64,000 nucleotides of DNA from Candidatus Poribacteria bacterium (GCA_965205025.1 CBDBFU010000011.1:1-64000), one strand, 5' to 3'; counted from the first letter of the stretch, positions 20,962 through 32,824 are shown. Numbers and translations: made by a program. The notes: generated from the letters alone by a model not told the origin.

Positions 20962-21972
20962 GTGACTAAATTAAATACACTCCTTCAAAATATTGCGCAG
21001 TTACCCAAAGTAGAAATTGGACATTTCCCAACTCCACTTGAGGAATGTCCACGTTTATCAGAAACTTTGGGGGGTCCGCGTATTTTTATTAAAAGAGAAG
21101 ATTGTTCAGGCTTAGCATTTGGGGGTAATAAAGTTAGGCAGTTAACCTTTACTATAGGTGAAGCAGTTCATCAAGGTGCAGATACAATCGTACAGGGGGC
21201 AGCTTCACAATCAAATCATTGTCGGCAAGCAGCAGCTGCATGTGGTAAACTTGGATTAAATTGTTACCTTAGATTATCACGTGATCATAAGAGTATTTTA
21301 CAGGGAAATCTGTTATTAGATAATTTAACAGGGGCTGATATAGAAATCGTAGATGTTCCATTTGGACCAGAATTAGAGGATTATAAATTTAAGTTAGCAG
21401 ACCGGTTGAAATCACAAGGTTTAAAACCTTATGTAATCGCTTCACCTCGTTCTACAGCACTGGCAGCTGTTGCTTTCACATGGTGCATCACAGAAATATA
21501 TCAGCAACAAGAACAGATAGGGATAGATGCAGATTGGATATATACCTCTTCAGTAGGAGGAACTCAAGCAGGATTAGTTCTTGGAACGAAAATTCTTGGA
21601 ATGAAAATGAAACCGTATGCATGTGCACCAATTCACTGGGAAGGGAAGATTGATCGAATCCGTGAGGCTGGAAATACTGCTGCATCCATTCTAAAATTGG
21701 ATACACAGATATCAGATGCAGATATACTAAATACTGATGATTATATAGGTAAAGGATATGGATACCTTACTCCTGAATGTATAGCAGCATTACGTTTAGT
21801 AGCAAACACTGAAGGTATCATTCTTGATCCAGTATATACGTCTAAGGCGATGGCTTGTCTCATAGATCACATTAAGAAGGGCAAGTTTAGTAAAGATGAT
21901 GTAGTTGTCTTTCTACATACTGGTGGTACACCAGCATTATTTGCATATAATGATGAGTTGATTAATACTTAG
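20962..21972 (+). CDS. D-cysteine desulfhydrase / ACC deaminase family PLP enzyme
   Basis: PTPL, IKRED..GLAFGGNKVR, QSNH, EGIILDPVYTSKA, FLHTGG motifs. Confidence 0.92.
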   Translation: MTKLNTLLQNIAQLPKVEIGHFPTPLEECPRLSETLGGPRIFIKREDCSGLAFGGNKVRQLTFTIGEAVHQGADTIVQGAASQSNHCRQAAAACGKLGLNCYLRLSRDHKSILQGNLLLDNLTGADIEIVDVPFGPELEDYKFKLADRLKSQGLKPYVIASPRSTALAAVAFTWCITEIYQQQEQIGIDADWIYTSSVGGTQAGLVLGTKILGMKMKPYACAPIHWEGKIDRIREAGNTAASILKLDTQISDADILNTDDYIGKGYGYLTPECIAALRLVANTEGIILDPVYTSKAMACLIDHIKKGKFSKDDVVVFLHTGGTPALFAYNDELINT

Positions 21973-22010
21973 AATATTATACCTACCTTTTCTTTCCTAA
22001 CCACCCATAA

Positions 22011-22796
22011 TCAATCAATATATTTTTCATAATGGATAAATTCTGAGGTATTCATCCTAACAGAATTCATAACATCGGAATCCATATAACCCATCCTCAA
22101 TAGTGTCATTACCTCATGGTTGTCAGGAAAATTGAATAATGTTCGTATATTTTCACGATCTTCTTCACTTTCCAACGGGGCACTAATAAACTGAATACCG
22201 ATATTTAAGGATGATGCTGCCAGAAGTATATTCTGTATAAACATCCCAATACTTAACCACATCCATCGGTTTCCTCCATCCCCAGGTGGACGTCGTTCTG
22301 TATTCATTAAAACCAATATTAATACGGGTGATTCCTTAACTTGAATAGCAATTTCTTTTGCTGGCATCTTACCTATTCCTAAATGCCCTAAAATACTAAT
22401 TGAACTGATACTGTTTAATAATACTTTTAGTATATTTCCTGTTATTTTTTTGGGAAGTGTATCAAATAATTTTGGTAATGAGACATGATCACTTAGGAGT
22501 ACACCATCACCACGAGTTTGCCATTCTTCATCTGACGTACACATCCAACGAGCATTGTCTTCTAAAAATTGTTTATCTTTAAATTGCTCTATAATTGCTT
22601 GTTCAGTTAGGTCGGCAAGTTCAATTTTTCTCTGTTCCTCTTGAATAATTAGTAATTCCCAGGGTTGTACATTGAATGGGGATGGTGCCCATCGTGCAGC
22701 CTCTATAATCTTCTCTAAGTCTACTTCCTCAATAGGAGAATCTTTAAACTCACCGCGATGACTTCGACGGTTTGTAATTACTTCAAAGATGTCCAT
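22011..22796 (-). CDS. Nitroreductase family protein
   Basis: RRSHR, ARWAPSPFNVQPWE, QNILLAA motifs. Confidence 0.88.
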   Translation of the reverse strand: MDIFEVITNRRSHRGEFKDSPIEEVDLEKIIEAARWAPSPFNVQPWELLIIQEEQRKIELADLTEQAIIEQFKDKQFLEDNARWMCTSDEEWQTRGDGVLLSDHVSLPKLFDTLPKKITGNILKVLLNSISSISILGHLGIGKMPAKEIAIQVKESPVLILVLMNTERRPPGDGGNRWMWLSIGMFIQNILLAASSLNIGIQFISAPLESEEDRENIRTLFNFPDNHEVMTLLRMGYMDSDVMNSVRMNTSEFIHYEKYID

Positions 22797-23829
22797 TTAA
22801 CCTCCTATTCTTCTCAAGAATTTCTTCAGGTGATGCTGTACCCGTAGTGCCAATCTTTGTAACTGTTATAGACGCAACTAAATTACCAATATAAGCTGCC
22901 TTAATTATATCTTCGTTACCTAAACAACAAAGGGTTGAAACAAGACCTGCTGACACACTATCACCCGCTCCAACAGGATCCACTTTATCATGACTCTCAT
23001 TTCCTGCAATATGGGTAAATATAGCATTATTATAAACAAGTACACCATCACCACCAAGTGTGATGTAAACAGTTCTTTTTGTCTTTTTTGATAGACTGAT
23101 CGCTGCTTGTTTTGTGGATTCTAAATCTACATTCTTTAAATCTCTATTTGGATCTATAGCGCGAGCAGCCTCAAATCTATTCGGTTTGATAATTACATTC
23201 TTGTAATAGCCAATACGGGTACGAGAATCTGCAAAGAAAACCTTATCAGGATATGTATTTCCTATATTACACAATTCTTCTCGTACATTATTTGTTATTA
23301 CCCCCAAATTTTCAATAGGCATCTGATCACCAATAATAACTCCATCAACCATAGGTACAATATTATGTAAACTGGTGATTAAATTATCCTCAACTTTCTT
23401 GCTAAACGGAACAGTATTCTCAATATCAAATCTGGGACCTTCTGTTTCTATCCCTTCTATACCTTGGTGGATCGGCTTTAAGTATGTTGGAGTTACCCAA
23501 TTTGTCTCTTCAATCATATTATCCGTAATGCAGCTTGTATCTTGTAGACATGTAATTAAAGTTCTACCAAAATTGTCGCTGCCAATTACTCCTAAGGTAT
23601 AAACTGTTCCCACACCTAATGCCTTCAAATTATTCGTAACTGTTCCTGCAGCTCCAGGACTGTAAGTCTGTTCGCTTACAGGGTAGGTATGCCAAGGTGT
23701 TTCCAGGGATAAGGTTGAACGAGTTTTGTCTATATACCAATATGCATCAAGATAGAAATCTCCCACCACTAAGATTCTTAGATCTTGAAATTTTGTAAGT
23801 AGACCGGTTAATTCTGATTCACTAAGCAA
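22783..23829 (-). CDS. PfkB-family carbohydrate kinase (HldA/RfaE-like)
   Basis: ILVVGDFYLD, PGAAG, IKPNRFEA, VDPVGAGD motifs. Confidence 0.85.
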   Translation of the reverse strand: MLSESELTGLLTKFQDLRILVVGDFYLDAYWYIDKTRSTLSLETPWHTYPVSEQTYSPGAAGTVTNNLKALGVGTVYTLGVIGSDNFGRTLITCLQDTSCITDNMIEETNWVTPTYLKPIHQGIEGIETEGPRFDIENTVPFSKKVEDNLITSLHNIVPMVDGVIIGDQMPIENLGVITNNVREELCNIGNTYPDKVFFADSRTRIGYYKNVIIKPNRFEAARAIDPNRDLKNVDLESTKQAAISLSKKTKRTVYITLGGDGVLVYNNAIFTHIAGNESHDKVDPVGAGDSVSAGLVSTLCCLGNEDIIKAAYIGNLVASITVTKIGTTGTASPEEILEKNRRLNGHL

Positions 23830-24051
23830 AGTATATCTCCATAAAACATCCTAACAATACCTGTTATTATACCATATTGTCATTCAACAAAAATTATAAA
23901 TTCATTGATTTTACAGTATTAAAATATAAGCAGATAAAGTGTTAAACAAGATTTTATCCTACCCTTTGAAGTTTTTCATAATTTGCAATACTGCCCTAAT
24001 TATGGTAAAATATACCATCATTTATTTAAGCAAATAGTATGGAGAAATTTA

Positions 24052-25104
24052 ATGTATAAAATCGGTCTCATCCCTGGAGACGGAATAGGCCCCGAAGTAA
24101 CACGCGAGGCGATGAAAGTATTCGGGGCTGCAGCAGAACAAGAAGGTATAAAATACGAAACCGTTGAATATGATGTCGGGGGAGACCGATATCTTGCAAC
24201 TGGGGAAGTGTTACCCGATTCAGTTTTAGATGAATTACGTGGACTTGATGCAATCTATTTAGGAGCAATCGGACATCCAGAGGTCAAACCAGGTATATTA
24301 GAAAAAGGTATCTTGCTAAAGGTACGGTTTGAACTTGATCTGTATATAAATCTTCGTCCAGTAAAACTATTTCCAGGTGTTCCAACACCATTAAAGGATA
24401 AAGGTCCTGAAGAAATCGACTTCATAATAGTCAGAGAAAACACTGAAGGATTATATGCTGGAATCGGGGGTTTTCTGAAACGTGGAACAAAAGATGAAGT
24501 TGCTATACAAGAAATGATTAACACATATAAAGGTGTTGAACGTTGTGTCAGATATGCATTTGAGTTGACTCAGAAAAGGAATAAAGAGAATACTCTTACA
24601 CTTTGTGATAAAGCAAACGTATTAACCTATGCACACGATCTGTGGAGACGCGTTTTTGATGAAGTGGCAGAAGATTTTAAAAATATAAAGAAAGAATATG
24701 CTTTTGTCGATGCAATCACGATGTGGATGGTAAAGAATCCTGAATGGTTTGACGTAATTGTCACATGTAATATGTTTGGTGACATCATAACTGACCTTGG
24801 GGCGATGATACAAGGCGGAATGGGGGTCGCAGCTTCTGGAAATCTTAATCCGGAGAGTGTTGCTATGTTTGAACCCATACATGGATCTGCACCACGATAT
24901 ACGGGTAAGAATCAAATCAATCCTATAGCTGCTGTAGGTGCAGCAGGAATGATGTTAGACCACCTTGGACACTATGATGCAGCCAAAAAAGTAGAAAATT
25001 CTGTCAGTAATTTACTCGCAAGTGGGAAAATAAAGGACCTTGGTGCTGGACGGATGGGTTTTACGACTGAAGAAGTTGGAGATTTAATCGCCCAAGGATT
25101 GTAA
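24052..25104 (+). CDS. leuB: 3-isopropylmalate dehydrogenase
   Basis: [39 protein letters not shown] motifs; ATG 24052 after GGAG. Confidence 0.9.
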   Translation: MYKIGLIPGDGIGPEVTREAMKVFGAAAEQEGIKYETVEYDVGGDRYLATGEVLPDSVLDELRGLDAIYLGAIGHPEVKPGILEKGILLKVRFELDLYINLRPVKLFPGVPTPLKDKGPEEIDFIIVRENTEGLYAGIGGFLKRGTKDEVAIQEMINTYKGVERCVRYAFELTQKRNKENTLTLCDKANVLTYAHDLWRRVFDEVAEDFKNIKKEYAFVDAITMWMVKNPEWFDVIVTCNMFGDIITDLGAMIQGGMGVAASGNLNPESVAMFEPIHGSAPRYTGKNQINPIAAVGAAGMMLDHLGHYDAAKKVENSVSNLLASGKIKDLGAGRMGFTTEEVGDLIAQGL

Positions 25105-25138
25105 GAAATTGTATACATAAGCTAAGAGCACGTTTCGC

Positions 25139-25897
25139 TTAAACCAATTGGGCAGTAAAGTTAATTCGGTCTGAATTTCGAGTCCAACGATTGAATGTAT
25201 ACATATCATAAGCACTTAACATCTTAAATCCAGAAGATACAAGTAATTCATGCACTGTTGATACATCGAAAATCCTTTGATTGTGTATCTCTTCATACCG
25301 TCTAAAAACATCACCTTCTTTTATAAAGAAGGTCAGAAATGTTCGGCACATTTTGGAATGATGTAGATAATTATTCTTCCAGATGTATGAGTAATCTTCA
25401 TGGTTTTCAGAAAACGTCTTATTGTGAAAATGTTCTACAATATTTCGTTCTGTAGTCACATCAAAGATGAAAAGACCATCAGGTTGAAGATGGGAGGATA
25501 TGGAGTTAAAAGTTCTACCTAACTCCTCTTCATTACAAGCATAATTGATGCTGTCGTAGGTACATAGGATTGCATCAAATCTACTGTTTAACTCTAAATC
25601 TAACATATCTCCTTGATGAAATGTGATGTTTAAGTCTTGACTGGATGCTTTTTGTCTTGCTATTTCTAACATGCCTGATGCTCTATCAATTCCAGTCATT
25701 TCATACCCATTAGAGGCTAATAAGAGGGTTAGTGTTCCCGTACCACAGGCTACATCAAGAATTTTTCGTGGTTTTGAACCGTATTTTTCAAAAATGGATT
25801 CAATATATTGCATCCAACGCGGATAATTTACATTTTTCATCATCCTGTCGTAAGCATACGAAAACTTCTCATAAGGTGGTGTAATTTGTAGTGACAT
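25139..25897 (-). CDS. Class I SAM-dependent methyltransferase
   Basis: LDVACGTG, GIDRASGML, FDAILCTYDSINY motifs. Confidence 0.9.
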   Translation of the reverse strand: MSLQITPPYEKFSYAYDRMMKNVNYPRWMQYIESIFEKYGSKPRKILDVACGTGTLTLLLASNGYEMTGIDRASGMLEIARQKASSQDLNITFHQGDMLDLELNSRFDAILCTYDSINYACNEEELGRTFNSISSHLQPDGLFIFDVTTERNIVEHFHNKTFSENHEDYSYIWKNNYLHHSKMCRTFLTFFIKEGDVFRRYEEIHNQRIFDVSTVHELLVSSGFKMLSAYDMYTFNRWTRNSDRINFTAQLV

Positions 25898-25900
25898 TAA

Positions 25901-26323
25901 TCACTCTGTTTCCTGTTTAAAACCAACCGAAGCATTAAGTATTTGTAAAAGATTGTTAATCTCATCTGCTTGCCATGTTCCATCTTCATTTACTACAATG
26001 ACATATTCACCTGCGGCTTTTATTTTACGTAAATCTAATTTTCCAGTTATAAAACTAAACGGTAATTGGTTAACCCGCAATTTAACTCGTTCTATAGTAT
26101 TTATAATATATTCACGATTAACTTCGTCAGGTGCTTGTTTTACCATACCATCCTTGAGCATTTCCGTTCCAAAACTGAATAAGGCCTGTATAGTAAACCA
26201 TTGAATAATTGCTAAGCCAACCATGAATATTAATAATATAGTTAATGCCTTTGTAATATGCCTTTTCCAATTTCGATTTTCAGTACTCATTCTTATTTCC
26301 TTTGATAGATTGTTATCATACAA
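25901..26323 (-). CDS. Hypothetical single-pass membrane protein
   Basis: One hydrophobic helix; 3 bp from the methyltransferase; start may be ATG ~26290. Confidence 0.6.
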   Translation of the reverse strand: MYDNNLSKEIRMSTENRNWKRHITKALTILLIFMVGLAIIQWFTIQALFSFGTEMLKDGMVKQAPDEVNREYIINTIERVKLRVNQLPFSFITGKLDLRKIKAAGEYVIVVNEDGTWQADEINNLLQILNASVGFKQETE

Positions 26324-26463
26324 TTTATGGAAATATTAGCATTATATCAAAATGTAGTCAATTGGAAATGATAATGATTATTAATTGTAAGAAATCATCC
26401 TCATTATGTTATTTTGTTGAGTGAATCCCTCACTACAGGTAATTCTATAAAAGAAAGAAATAA

Positions 26464-27579
26464 ATGAAAATTGGAATAGTAGGTCGTCCCCATGTTGGGA
26501 AGACCACAGTCTTCAATGCACTTGCCAAATCGAATGCTGAAATTGGTGGTTATACTGGAAATAAAAAGATAAATCTCAGTACTGTCACAGTACCAGATGA
26601 TAGGCTAAGTCAATTACTACCAATTTTTGGTTCAGAAAAAATAATTAACGCTACAATTGATTATGTTGATGGTGGTGGAACAGAATTTGCAAATACAAAA
26701 ATGGAAGTTGATGCCAATAAGACGTCAGAATTAAACAATACTTTCTTGGCTGAATTACGAACAGTTGATTCACTTGCACATGTTGTTAGACTATTTGAGG
26801 ATGACAGAGTACCACATGTTGACGGAACGATAGATCCTGAAAGAGATATTGATACTGTTAATATTGAATTCATAATGTCTGATTTACAAATTATTATTGG
26901 TAGATTAGATAGAATTGAAAAACAACTAAAGAATCAAAAATCACAAGAACTACATAATGAATTTCGTATTTTAGAACAATGTAAAGATAATTTAGAAAAA
27001 GGCATTCCTTTACGTTCCCTCTCTATTTCTGAAAATGATGAGAAAATGATTCGCGGATATGGCTTTCTAACCCTAAAACCATTGTTATTAATCTGCAATA
27101 TCGGAGAAGAACAATTAAAATACTCTGATGAACTTATCAAGCCTATTTTAAAATATGAAGAACAAGATCAAACCGATATTATTGTTCTTGCGGCACAATT
27201 AGAAATGGAAATTGCACAACTTGATTCTGATGATGCAAGTGTCTTCTTATCAGAAATGGGGTTGAATGAATCCGCATTAGATAGGTTTATTCAATCTTCC
27301 TATAATCTAATGGGGTTGATTACCTTTTTCACAGGTGGACCAAAAGAAGTACGAGCATGGACATTAAAAAGTGGACAAACTGCAGTGAAGGCTGCTGGTC
27401 TAATCCATACCGATTTTGAACAAGGTTTTATTCGAGCCGAATGTATAAACTGGAAGGATTTAGTTAATTCTGAAGGATTTACACAAGCACGGAATAAGGG
27501 AATGTTAAGAGCAGAAGGGAAAGCATATATTGTTCAGGAAGGGGATGTATTAAATATCTTAGCTAATGCTTCAAATTGA
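26464..27579 (+). CDS. ychF: YchF/Obg-like redox-regulated ATPase
   Basis: GIVGRPHVGKTT, HVVRLF, LTLKP, LITFFTGGPKEVRAW, AGLIHTDFEQGFIRAE, EGKAYIVQEGD motifs. Confidence 0.9.
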   Translation: MKIGIVGRPHVGKTTVFNALAKSNAEIGGYTGNKKINLSTVTVPDDRLSQLLPIFGSEKIINATIDYVDGGGTEFANTKMEVDANKTSELNNTFLAELRTVDSLAHVVRLFEDDRVPHVDGTIDPERDIDTVNIEFIMSDLQIIIGRLDRIEKQLKNQKSQELHNEFRILEQCKDNLEKGIPLRSLSISENDEKMIRGYGFLTLKPLLLICNIGEEQLKYSDELIKPILKYEEQDQTDIIVLAAQLEMEIAQLDSDDASVFLSEMGLNESALDRFIQSSYNLMGLITFFTGGPKEVRAWTLKSGQTAVKAAGLIHTDFEQGFIRAECINWKDLVNSEGFTQARNKGMLRAEGKAYIVQEGDVLNILANASN

Positions 27580-27606
27580 ATTCACTACACGAAGTAATTC
27601 CTTTCC

Positions 27607-28263
27607 TTAGTAATGGTCATTATCCTTGGATAATTTCGTAATTGCATCAATCATCCGTATACCCATCTGTTGATACATTTCACGTTTTACTTCGGTTTCC
27701 ACAATCTCTGAAAAATCAATCGGTTCACCAAATGAGACTGTAAGTTTCGCTCTCCGTAAACGCCTACTACCACGGGGTAACATCTTTTGTACACCACTAT
27801 GGAAAACAGGAATTGTTGGCACATTTGCACGATGAGCAATAAAGCACGCACCATCATTTGTCTTTCCTAATGTTCCATCGGCACTACGTGTTCCTTCAGG
27901 AAACATGAGTACAGCATTTCCTGCCTTTAATAATGATATTGTCCTTCTTAATGCTCCTAAGTCTGGTGCCCATCTATTAACAGGAAAAGCATTGTAGGCA
28001 GTGATTATTCTACCCAAGAGAGGAACTTTAAATACATCACTCCGTGCCATGAAATGTACCTCACGATTGACCGCAGAACCCACTATTACAGGATCTAATA
28101 GACTAATATGGTTAGATACAATCAATACTCCTCCTTCGTGAGGTATATTGTCCACCCCATTTACATTGAGATTACCCATGATCTTAAAAAATAGTCTTGT
28201 CAGTCGATGGCTCCATCTGTATAGACGACGAGGTAGATAGGTTCCATATTTTGTATAATCCAT
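27607..28263 (-). CDS. plsC: 1-acyl-sn-glycerol-3-phosphate acyltransferase
   Basis: NHISLLD (NHxxxxD) and FPEGTRS motifs. Confidence 0.9.
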   Translation of the reverse strand: MDYTKYGTYLPRRLYRWSHRLTRLFFKIMGNLNVNGVDNIPHEGGVLIVSNHISLLDPVIVGSAVNREVHFMARSDVFKVPLLGRIITAYNAFPVNRWAPDLGALRRTISLLKAGNAVLMFPEGTRSADGTLGKTNDGACFIAHRANVPTIPVFHSGVQKMLPRGSRRLRRAKLTVSFGEPIDFSEIVETEVKREMYQQMGIRMIDAITKLSKDNDHY

Positions 28264-28310
28264 AGTAAAACCTATAATAGTTAACGATACAAATCCTTCC
28301 TATCAATTGT

Positions 28311-28988
28311 TTATTGATAATTATCGTTTGAAACCTTAGAAATTATATAATCAACGACTTCATCAATACTCATCCCAGTTGTATCCACACAGATAGCATC
28401 TTGAGCTGTACGGAGCGGACTATGCTCTCTTGTAGTATCCTTCTCATCACGTGTTCGAATCGCTTCTTCTACAGATTCTAAAGTGGTATTCACGTTTTGC
28501 GACAAAAGTTCTGCATGCCTTCGTTTTGCTCGCTCCTTTACTGAAGCATCAAGGTAGAATTTATAGTCGGCATCTGGAAAAACGATGGTTGTCAAATCCC
28601 TTCCTTCAGCAATGATGCTTCCTTCGTTACCAATTCTCCTCTGGTGTTGAACTATCTCTGTTCGAATTTGATGTACCTTAGCAATATCTGCTACTAATGT
28701 ATTTACTTCAGGGGTACGTATCTGAGAGGAAACATCTTCAGAATTGAGATATATTGACTTTCCATTTTTACTAAATTCGATATGGCACTTTTTAACTAAT
28801 TTGATGAGTTCAGGGATATCTTTTTCAACACCATTTTCGATTGCAAGAACTGTAACTGCTCTATACATTGCACCAGAATCAAGATACAGTAGTCCCAGTT
28901 TCTCTGCAACTTTCTGTGCCACAGTACTCTTGCCTGATCCTGCTGGTCCATCCATTGCAATCTTAATATGATTTATATTTTTTTTCAT
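28311..28988 (-). CDS. cmk: Cytidylate kinase
   Basis: DGPAGSGKST, LDSGAMYRA, EGRD, RDEKDTTR motifs. Confidence 0.95.
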   Translation of the reverse strand: MKKNINHIKIAMDGPAGSGKSTVAQKVAEKLGLLYLDSGAMYRAVTVLAIENGVEKDIPELIKLVKKCHIEFSKNGKSIYLNSEDVSSQIRTPEVNTLVADIAKVHQIRTEIVQHQRRIGNEGSIIAEGRDLTTIVFPDADYKFYLDASVKERAKRRHAELLSQNVNTTLESVEEAIRTRDEKDTTREHSPLRTAQDAICVDTTGMSIDEVVDYIISKVSNDNYQ

Positions 28989-28996
28989 TTAACAAA

Positions 28997-29920
28997 CTAT
29001 ACCATTATATCCTTCACAGTCGTTTCTGCTTCACTCAGAATACGGTCAATTTCAACATAATCTTTAGACTTAAGTAAGTTTTTTAGGTCAGTTAATTTAC
29101 TAACAAAATCATCTATCAATGAAATCATTACTTCATTATTATCCATAAAAATGCCAGTCCACAAATCAGGTGAACCGGCAGCTATACGGGTTGTATCACG
29201 AAATCCTGTAGCAGTAAAATCCAATGCTTTATCATTTGGAGTATTAACATCAGCTACTGTATTTGTTAGTAGACTCGCGATTAAATGCGGAAAATGACTT
29301 GCAGCACCGATGAGTAAATCGTGCACTTCTGGTGAACATTCATGGGTTTGAGATCCTACAAATTTCCACATCTCTTTTACTGTATCAAGTGAATGTTTGT
29401 CAGTTGTTTCAGTAGGTGTGATAATACATTTTGCACCTTCAAACATTGAGGGATTTGCTGATTTTACACCTGCTTCGTGTGAACCTGCCATCGGATGTCC
29501 ACCAACGAAAGATACAGTATCTTTACTAAATGAGCTTAGTTCTCTTTCTATAGTTCTTACTAAGGATGATTTTGTACTTCCAACATCAGTAATTATAGTA
29601 TGACTCTTAAGTGCCTGTTTATATTTCGCTATTTGTATAACTTTCTCTGGAACAATACTTACAGGCATACATAAAACTATGAGTTGACTTTCAAATATCC
29701 CCTCTTCTATATCAATAGTAATAGAATCAACTACATCAAGGTCTAATGCAACTTGTAACCGTTCAAAGTTTCTACCTAAACCTACCAGTTTTCCTTTGAA
29801 TCCATTCTTCTTCAACGCTAAACCAAGTGAACCCCCAATTAATCCAACACCCCAAATGGTTAGACAGTTTATTTCGTCTATAATTTCGGAATTGTGATGT
29901 GGTTTTCGACCTGTAGTCAT
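28997..29920 (-). CDS. tyrA: Prephenate dehydrogenase
   Basis: GVGLIGGS, DVGSTK, GGHPMAGS, SHFPH, GFRDTTRIA motifs; start probably ATG 29920. Confidence 0.9.
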   Translation of the reverse strand: MTTGRKPHHNSEIIDEINCLTIWGVGLIGGSLGLALKKNGFKGKLVGLGRNFERLQVALDLDVVDSITIDIEEGIFESQLIVLCMPVSIVPEKVIQIAKYKQALKSHTIITDVGSTKSSLVRTIERELSSFSKDTVSFVGGHPMAGSHEAGVKSANPSMFEGAKCIITPTETTDKHSLDTVKEMWKFVGSQTHECSPEVHDLLIGAASHFPHLIASLLTNTVADVNTPNDKALDFTATGFRDTTRIAAGSPDLWTGIFMDNNEVMISLIDDFVSKLTDLKNLLKSKDYVEIDRILSEAETTVKDIMV

Positions 29921-29950
29921 CTGGTTGAATCCGATACTTCCATTTATCAA

Positions 29951-29979
29951 ATTCTAAGTCATAAGAACGCTTCTGTCAA
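29951..29979 (-). promoter_or_regulatory. Sigma70-type promoter of tyrA-cmk-plsC
   Basis: TTGACA-N17-TAGAAT on the minus strand. Confidence 0.65.
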
Positions 29980-30228
29980 GTAAAAAGATTGAATACTTAT
30001 CTGCAAATAGATAGTGGATATCTATATAAGTATGATATAATAGAAAACGTATCAGCAGGAGTCATTCAACACAACATGTGGTTTAATTTATACAAATATT
30101 ATTAAACTAATTCCGATAAAATCTGTAATTGTAACAAGAAAGTCATTGGCATCGTTTATGCAAAACAAAAGTATATAACATTGCACGGTATAAAAATAAT
30201 ATACATTTATTCATAAATAGAGGGAAAA

Positions 30229-31500
30229 ATGGAAAAATTCATTGTCAATGGCGGTACAAGACTTGAAGGAAAAATACAGATAAGTGGTTCAAAGAACGCA
30301 GTTCTTCCAATCGCGGTTGCTGCTGCTATCCTGGGTGATAGCACAACTGTATTAAACAATGTACCAAATCTAACAGATGTAAGGACATTAAGTGCAGTAT
30401 TAGAAGGACTTGGGGCAACAACTAAGTTAAAAGATTCTACTCTATGTATTGAGCCAATTAATCGAATGGAGTATGAAGCACCATATGATTTAGTCCGTAG
30501 GATGCGTGCTTCAATTTATGTGCTCGGACCACTGGTTGCAAGACTTGGTCGTGCTAAGGTCTCATTTCCTGGAGGATGTGCAATTGGTCCCCGTCCGGTT
30601 GATTTACATATTCGCGGCTTAACAAGTTTGGGAGCAAAAGTAGATGTAAAAGAGGGTTATATTTATGCTCAAGCAAGAAAATTAATCGGAACAGATATAG
30701 ATTTAATTGGACAACATGGTCCAAGTGTGGGGGCAACCGCAAATGTTATGATGGCAGCCACTTTGGCTGAAGGAACTACAGTAATTAACGGCGCTGCACG
30801 TGAACCCCATATCTCTGACCTTGCTAACTTTTTAATTGCTATGGGGGCTGAAATTGATGGTATCGGAACGGACACTTTGAGTATACATGGTGTGAAACAG
30901 TTACATGGAACAGAATATGATGTCATTTCTGATGATATTGAGGCAGGTACATTTATGGTGGCAAGTGCCATTACCAATGGAAATGTATATATTCAAGGTA
31001 TTACACAAGAACAACTCCCTGCGGTGTCAAATAAATTAACTGAAATGGGTGTGGATTTAGATTGGGATGATGATGGGGTTAGGGTAACAACACCACGACA
31101 ATTAAAGGCTGTTGAGGTGAAAACTGTTCCATTCCCAGGATTTCCTACAGATATGCAAGCCCAAATTATGGGTTTACTATGTCTTGCTTCTGGAACCAGT
31201 ACAATTACTGAAAATGTACACACGGATAGATATATTCATACAGCAGAACTAAATAGAATGGGAGCAGACATTAGACTTGATGGACGCAAAGCAATTATAA
31301 ATGGTGTTACATCTTTTAGTGGGGCACCAGTAATGGCATCTGATCTACGTGCTGGAGCTGTACTCGTTATTGCTGGAATGGCAGCAATAGGAGAGACTGT
31401 TATCTCAAGAATCTATCATATTGATAGAGGGTACGAAGCAATTGAAGAGAAATTAAATTGTATTGGGGCAGAAATACAAAGGATAGATGAACCCAATTAG
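30229..31500 (+). CDS. murA: UDP-N-acetylglucosamine 1-carboxyvinyltransferase
   Basis: SGSKNA, MRAS, PGGCAIGPRPVDLH, PGFPTDMQAQ, DLRAGA, IDRGYE motifs. Confidence 0.97.
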   Translation: MEKFIVNGGTRLEGKIQISGSKNAVLPIAVAAAILGDSTTVLNNVPNLTDVRTLSAVLEGLGATTKLKDSTLCIEPINRMEYEAPYDLVRRMRASIYVLGPLVARLGRAKVSFPGGCAIGPRPVDLHIRGLTSLGAKVDVKEGYIYAQARKLIGTDIDLIGQHGPSVGATANVMMAATLAEGTTVINGAAREPHISDLANFLIAMGAEIDGIGTDTLSIHGVKQLHGTEYDVISDDIEAGTFMVASAITNGNVYIQGITQEQLPAVSNKLTEMGVDLDWDDDGVRVTTPRQLKAVEVKTVPFPGFPTDMQAQIMGLLCLASGTSTITENVHTDRYIHTAELNRMGADIRLDGRKAIINGVTSFSGAPVMASDLRAGAVLVIAGMAAIGETVISRIYHIDRGYEAIEEKLNCIGAEIQRIDEPN

Positions 31501-31528
31501 GTTATAGGATACGGAGACATTTACATCA

Positions 31529-32824
31529 ATGTTTCAGATACTTGACATTCATACTCCTGAAAGCGATAAATTTCTTACCAAGTTGAATCAACGGGGTAGG
31601 TTAACAGATGAAGATATTCTCAAAACGGTAAGACGTACTTTATCTGATGTACAAGATGAAGGTGATAAAGCTGTTGCCCGATATACTCGTAAACTTGACT
31701 CTCCACGTCTAACATCGAAAGGTCTGAGAGTTCAACCTAAAGAATTTAAACATGCATATTCTGAGGTTAAAGAGGAATTTATTGATGCTATTAATCATGC
31801 CAAGAAAAACATTCAAGATTTTCACCAAAAGCAAATTAGATCCTCATGGTTTTCAACTGAAGAAGATGGTGTCCTACTTGGGCATATAATCAACCCACTT
31901 AAACGTGTAGGTGTTTGTGTGCCTTCTGTCAGTCAACTCTTGGTTTCATCAATGTTGATGAGTGTTATTCCGGCAAAAGTTGCAGGTGTCGAAGAAATAG
32001 TAGTTTGTATGGGACCTATGAGAAATCGACAGATAAATCCACACATGTTAGTGGCTGCAGCAGAATGTGAAGTTGATGAAATATATAAATGTGGGGGGGC
32101 ACAAGCAGTTGGGGCTATGGCTTATGGAACAGAGACAATATCCCCTGTAGATAAGATTGTTGGTCCTGGAAACCTATATGTACAACTCGCAAAAAAAGAG
32201 GTATACGGACATGTAGATATTGATAAATTAGCAGGTCCCAGTGAGATTCTCGTCATTGCAGACAGTACTGCCGACCCAGATTATGTTGCTGCTGACCTAA
32301 TATCTCAAGCAGAACATGGTCCTGAATGTTCTGCGATCCTTCTTACAACATCCAGGGGTTTCGCTGAACAAGTAAAAGCAGCTATAGAAATACAAGCACG
32401 CACTTTTCCACGACAATATGAACTTGTTAAAGCATTTGAAAACCATGGAGTTGCTTTTTTAGTGAATAATATTACTGAAGCAATACATCTTGCAAACGAA
32501 ATCGCTCCTGAACATGTAGAATTACATTTAGAAGATCCTTTTGATTGGATAGGAGGGATTAGGAATGCTGGGGCGATTCTTATCGGTCCTTATTCTCCTG
32601 AGGCTGTAGGGGATTACATTGCAGGACCAAACCATATATTACCTACTGGAGGGGCTGCTCGTTACGCATCTCCATTAAGTGTCGATGATTTCCTAAAGAA
32701 AACAAGTCTAATTTCATACACTAAAACTGCATTGGAGAAGGTCACACCTGATGCTGTAGAACTTGCACAAATTGAAGGATTGGATGGGCATGCTGCAGCC
32801 TTAAAAATTAGATTTGATGATTAA
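31529..32824 (+). CDS. hisD: Histidinol dehydrogenase
   Basis: [47 protein letters not shown] motifs. Confidence 0.95.
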   Translation: MFQILDIHTPESDKFLTKLNQRGRLTDEDILKTVRRTLSDVQDEGDKAVARYTRKLDSPRLTSKGLRVQPKEFKHAYSEVKEEFIDAINHAKKNIQDFHQKQIRSSWFSTEEDGVLLGHIINPLKRVGVCVPSVSQLLVSSMLMSVIPAKVAGVEEIVVCMGPMRNRQINPHMLVAAAECEVDEIYKCGGAQAVGAMAYGTETISPVDKIVGPGNLYVQLAKKEVYGHVDIDKLAGPSEILVIADSTADPDYVAADLISQAEHGPECSAILLTTSRGFAEQVKAAIEIQARTFPRQYELVKAFENHGVAFLVNNITEAIHLANEIAPEHVELHLEDPFDWIGGIRNAGAILIGPYSPEAVGDYIAGPNHILPTGGAARYASPLSVDDFLKKTSLISYTKTALEKVTPDAVELAQIEGLDGHAAALKIRFDD

